60,268 bases of DNA from the NCBI GenBank assembly GCA_036556385.1, contig DATBJQ010000113.1, positions 1 to 60,268 of the forward strand, read 5' to 3'. Source of the DNA: Actinomycetota bacterium. Its GTDB lineage: Bacteria > Actinomycetota > UBA4738 > HRBIN12. The first letter of the stretch is position 1. Every line of letters starts with the position of its first letter. Positions 56,919 through 60,268 of the stretch are shown here, piece by piece. The position numbers were made by a program, and so were the translations under genes. The notes under the pieces are model-generated. The model saw only the letters and a list, made by a program, of their open reading frames with translations. It did no database searches and was not told the origin of the DNA.

Positions 56919-57994
56919 CGACGGCCCGGTCCTACCGGATCGGCGTGATCGAGGGTGATGGGACCGGGCCCGAGGTCGTCCGCGAGGCGCTCAAGGTGCT
57001 GGAGGCGGTCCGGGCCGGGTTCGAGGTCGAGCTCGTGCCCTTCGATCTGGGTGCCGACCGCTACCTCCGGACCGGCGACGTGCTCCCCGACGAGGAGCTG
57101 GAGCGCCTGCGCCGGCTGGACGCGATCCTGCTGGGGGCGGTGGGCGACCCGCGTGTGCGGCCGGGGATCCTCGAACGCGACCTCCTCCTGCGGATCCGCT
57201 TCGAGCTTGACCAGTACGTCAACCTGCGGCCCGTCGTCCGATACCCGGGCGTGACCACGCCGATCCCCGGCCACGCCGAGGGCGACGTCGACATGGTCGT
57301 GGTCCGCGAGAACTCCGAGGGCCTGTACACGGGGGCGGGGGGGTTCCATCGTCGCGGGACGCCCTCCGAGGTCGCCGTCCAGGAGTCGATCAACACGCGG
57401 CACGGGGTCGAGCGGATCGTGCGCTACGCGTTCGGTGTGGCTTCGCGGCCCGACCGGCGCGGCAAGGTCACCCTGGTGCACAAGACCAACGTGCTGACCT
57501 TCGCGGGCGACCTGTACCAGCGCGTGACCGACGAGGTTGCCGCCGAGCATCCGGACGTCGAGACGGACTACGTCCACGTCGACGCGGCGTGCATCTACTT
57601 CCTGGAGCAGCCGTCACGGTTCGACGTGATCGTCACCGACAACATGTTCGGCGACATCATCACGGACCTCGGCGCCACGATCCAGGGCGGGATGGGCACC
57701 GCCGCGGGCGGGAACATCAACCCCGACGGTGTCTCGATGTTCGAACCGATCGGAGGGACGGCCCCCGATCACACGGGCAAGGGCACGATCAACCCTCTCG
57801 CGGCGATCGGCGCGGCCGAGATGCTGCTGCGTCAGCTCGGCGAGACGCAGGCGGCGGACGCGGTCGGCCGGGGGATCCGCGCGACCACCTCGCGCATGGA
57901 CTCGATGCGTGCCGGGGCGATGGGGTTCTCGACGAGCGAGGTCGGCGACCTCGTCGCGGAGGCCGCGACGGCGACGGAGGGGGCCCGCCCGTGA
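56915..57994 (+). CDS. leuB: 3-isopropylmalate dehydrogenase
   Basis: GTG 56915 overlaps the leuA stop (GTGA). Motifs [61 protein letters not shown]. Closely resembles actinobacterial LeuB as I recall it. Confidence 0.9.
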   Translation: MTTARSYRIGVIEGDGTGPEVVREALKVLEAVRAGFEVELVPFDLGADRYLRTGDVLPDEELERLRRLDAILLGAVGDPRVRPGILERDLLLRIRFELDQYVNLRPVVRYPGVTTPIPGHAEGDVDMVVVRENSEGLYTGAGGFHRRGTPSEVAVQESINTRHGVERIVRYAFGVASRPDRRGKVTLVHKTNVLTFAGDLYQRVTDEVAAEHPDVETDYVHVDAACIYFLEQPSRFDVIVTDNMFGDIITDLGATIQGGMGTAAGGNINPDGVSMFEPIGGTAPDHTGKGTINPLAAIGAAEMLLRQLGETQAADAVGRGIRATTSRMDSMRAGAMGFSTSEVGDLVAEAATATEGARP

Positions 57995-59589
57995 GCGACG
58001 ACGGCGCCGGCCGCGTCGTCGAGCTGTACGACACCACGCTGCGCGACGGTGCCCAGCGAGCCGACCTCAGCTACACGATCGACGACCGGCTGCGGATCCT
58101 GCACAAGCTCGACCAGGTCGGCTTCCCGTACGTCGAGGGCGGCTGGCCGGGGGCCAACCCGCGCGACACCGAGTTCTTCCGCGTGGCCGCGAAGGAGACC
58201 CTGCAGCACGCGCAGCTCACCGCCTTCGGGATGACGCGGCGGGCGGGCGAGCGGGCCGAGGACGCACCCGTCCTCCGCGACCTGCTGGACGCCGGCACGG
58301 AGGTCGTCTGCCTGGTGGGCAAGGCCTGGGACCTCCACGTGACCGACGCGTTGCGCACGGACCTGGACGAGGGGGTCGCGATGGTCCGCGACTCGGTCGC
58401 GTTCCTGCGAGCCCAGGGGCGCCGGGTCTTCTTCGATGCGGAGCACTTCTTCGACGGCTACGTCGCCGACCCCAGGTTCGCGATGCGGATCCTGGCGGCG
58501 GCGGAGGAGGCCGGGGCGGAGCGGCTGGTCCTGTGCGACACGAACGGCGGCATGCTGCCCTTCGACATCGCGCGGATCGTCGGCGAGGTCGGTGTCCAGG
58601 CGGGCGTGCCGATGGGGATCCACGTCCACAACGACGCGGGGTGCGCCGTGGCCAACTCGCTCGTGGCCTTCGACGCCGGGGTCCTCCAGGTCCAGGGCAC
58701 GATCAACGGGTACGGCGAGCGGACCGGCAACGCGGACCTGATCCCGATCGCCGCCGACCTGGTGCTGAAGATGGGCGCCCGTGAGGCGCTGCCTGACGGC
58801 AGCGTCGCCCACCTGACCGAGCTCGCGCACTACGTCGCGGAGGTGGCGAACCTGGCCCCCGACAGCCACCAGCCCTTCGCCGGGCGTCACGCCTTCACAC
58901 ACAAGGCGGGGCTGCACACGAGCGGCGTCGCGCGCCTCGCGCGGGCGTACGAGCACGTGCAGCCCGAGGTGGTCGGGAACCGCCGTGGCGTCGTTGCCTC
59001 CGACTACGCGGGCGGGGCCACGATCAGGATGAAGGCGGACGAGTTCGACCTGGAGCTCTCGGACGAGGCGGTCGCCTCGGCCGTGGACGAGCTCAAGCAG
59101 CGGGAGGCCGCCGGGTACGTGTTCGACGTGGCGGAGGCGTCCCTGGAGCTCCTGCTCCGGCGGGCGGCCGGCTGGGAGCAACCGTTCTTCGCGATCGAGA
59201 GCTACCGGGTCCACGTCGAGGAGCGCGTGGGGGACGTGGAGGCGCCGCTCGCGGAGGCCACGGTGAAGGTCCTCACGAAGGGGACGCGGCACATCGAGTC
59301 GGCGGAGGGTCACGGGCCCGTCGGCGCGCTCGACAACGCGCTCCGCAAAGCTTTGGCGAACGACTACCCGGAGCTGGCCGGGATGTCGCTCGAGGACTAC
59401 CGCGTCCGCGTCCTGGACGAGAGCGTGGGGACCGGGGCCGTGGTCCGCGTGTTGATCGACACGTCGGACGGCGAGCAGGAGTGGAGCACGGTCGGGGTGA
59501 GCGAGAACATCATCGAGGCCTCGTGGGAGGCGCTGGTGGACGCCTATGCGTTCGGGCTCCTGCACCCCCGGGAGCAGGAGCCGGCATGA
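57991..59589 (+). CDS. cimA: citramalate synthase (CimA-type member of the IPMS family)
   Basis: GTG 57991 overlaps the leuB stop (GTGA). Motifs LYDTTLRDGAQ, VEGGWPGANPRDTEFF, HVHNDAGCAVANSL, and a C-terminal LeuA-dimer-like domain. 532 aa. Confidence 0.8.
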   Translation: MSDDGAGRVVELYDTTLRDGAQRADLSYTIDDRLRILHKLDQVGFPYVEGGWPGANPRDTEFFRVAAKETLQHAQLTAFGMTRRAGERAEDAPVLRDLLDAGTEVVCLVGKAWDLHVTDALRTDLDEGVAMVRDSVAFLRAQGRRVFFDAEHFFDGYVADPRFAMRILAAAEEAGAERLVLCDTNGGMLPFDIARIVGEVGVQAGVPMGIHVHNDAGCAVANSLVAFDAGVLQVQGTINGYGERTGNADLIPIAADLVLKMGAREALPDGSVAHLTELAHYVAEVANLAPDSHQPFAGRHAFTHKAGLHTSGVARLARAYEHVQPEVVGNRRGVVASDYAGGATIRMKADEFDLELSDEAVASAVDELKQREAAGYVFDVAEASLELLLRRAAGWEQPFFAIESYRVHVEERVGDVEAPLAEATVKVLTKGTRHIESAEGHGPVGALDNALRKALANDYPELAGMSLEDYRVRVLDESVGTGAVVRVLIDTSDGEQEWSTVGVSENIIEASWEALVDAYAFGLLHPREQEPA

Positions 59590-60143
59590 GCGCCACGGCG
59601 GCGGACGTCACGATCCGCCGCGCGACCGAGCGGGACGCTCGCGCGATCGCCGAGGTGCACGTCGCCTCGTGGCGCTGGGCCTACCGGAACGACCTGCCCG
59701 CTTCGCTGCTGGCCGACCTCTCGGTCGACGAGCGGGAGCTCGCGCACCGCCGGGAGCTCGCCGCCGAGGAGGGCACCACGTGCGTCCTGGTGGCGGTCGA
59801 CACCGGGGACCGGGTCATGGGGTTCGCCTCGACGGGCCCGTCGCGCGACGACGACGCTCCCCCGGACACCGGCGAGCTGTACGCGATCTACCTGCTGGCG
59901 GACGTGGCCGGCTCCGGGCTCGGGCGGGCGCTGCTCGAGCACGCGACCAGGGATCTGCGCGACGCGGGGTACGTGACGGCCTCGCTCTGGGTCCTCGCCT
60001 CGAACGAACGGGCGCGGCGCTTCTACGAACGGGCGGGGTGGCGATGGGACGGCTCGGTCAGCGAGCACCGCTTCGACTGCGGGAACCGCCCGATCGTCCG
60101 GTACTCGATCGACGGGCTCGCGTCGTCCGACGCGCGGGGGTAG
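59586..60143 (+). CDS. GNAT-family N-acetyltransferase
   Basis: ATG 59586 overlaps the cimA stop (ATGA). Motifs IRRATERDARAIAEVHVASW, VMGFASTGP, GSGLGRALLEHA (acetyl-CoA loop), RRFYERAGW. Confidence 0.85.
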   Translation: MSATAADVTIRRATERDARAIAEVHVASWRWAYRNDLPASLLADLSVDERELAHRRELAAEEGTTCVLVAVDTGDRVMGFASTGPSRDDDAPPDTGELYAIYLLADVAGSGLGRALLEHATRDLRDAGYVTASLWVLASNERARRFYERAGWRWDGSVSEHRFDCGNRPIVRYSIDGLASSDARG

Positions 60144-60268
60144 CGGGCTCGGCCGGCTCCTCGCCGTCCGGCTCCGACGCCCCGTCGGCGTCGGCCAGCA
60201 TCTGCGTCCGCTCGGTGAGCAGCTGGTGCAGGTCCTCGGTGGCCAGCGGCTTGGCGAAGAAGTACCCC
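60058..60268 (-). CDS. C-terminal end of an EAL-domain (c-di-GMP phosphodiesterase-like) protein; 5' part outside the window
   Basis: Not in the track (no start in the window). Minus-strand frame with saturated GC3 reads GYFFAKPLATEDLHQLLTERTQMLADADGASEPDGEEPAEP... to TGA (tca 60058-60060). GYFFAKPL resembles the terminal (Q)GYxFxxP motif of EAL domains. Only about 70 codons are visible. Confidence 0.45.
   Translation of the reverse strand, partial: GYFFAKPLATEDLHQLLTERTQMLADADGASEPDGEEPAEPATPARRTTRARRSSTGRSGGSRSRSGAR

Overview
This is a 60.3-kb, very GC-rich, gene-dense chromosomal segment. Hand-counted 60-nt samples range from about 62 to 78% GC. It looks actinobacterial: many GTG/TTG starts, candidate leaderless starts, a ROK-type XylR, and a 387-aa xylose isomerase and a LeuB that match actinobacterial types. 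I support about 55 protein genes. I found no rRNA, tRNA, CRISPR, transposase, integrase, phage gene or recognisable defence gene, so by content this is core metabolism, not an accessory island.

Layout:
- soxB (partial), then divergent IclR, a cysteine-synthase-like PLP enzyme, an acyl-CoA dehydrogenase and two Gfo/Idh/MocA genes.
- A minus-strand xylose operon: xylR(ROK)-xylFGH-xylA-xylB.
- ald, then mmsA, two DinB-like genes and an arginase-fold gene.
- rbsK and a nucleoside hydrolase; csaA.
- TetR divergent from a CrtI-like oxidoreductase, an ADP-forming acyl-CoA synthetase, an esterase and a ferredoxin.
- A small envelope/secreted block.
- A second ACAD, an amidohydrolase, an MFS transporter, a second CrtI-like gene and a methyltransferase.
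- An ABC-2 exporter and two tandem FAD oxidoreductases.
- ilvD-thrC; an orphan ABC ATPase; GH15 converging on otsA; an MBL hydrolase and an AOC-like protein.
- A long, translationally coupled operon: orf106-ilvB-ilvN-ilvC-leuA-leuB-cimA-GNAT.
- The C-terminal end of an EAL-domain gene at the right edge.

Many long ORFs in the supplied track (for example 989, 1297, 946 and 936 aa) are off-frame or antisense artefacts of the GC bias. I trimmed real genes to plausible starts by hand.

I did not find a convincing new multi-gene system. The observations most worth a second look are:
- A candidate leader-peptide attenuator upstream of the ilv operon, followed by an unrecognised 106-aa first cistron.
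- A perfect-period 18-bp x5 tandem repeat (G-quadruplex-prone, in frame) between IclR and the PLP enzyme.
- An arginase-fold protein with GGCCS in place of the GGDHS metal motif, sitting in an mmsA operon with two DinB-like genes.
- Convergent 3' overlap of otsA with a GH15 gene.

All family calls rest on motif recognition by eye. No alignments or searches were run.
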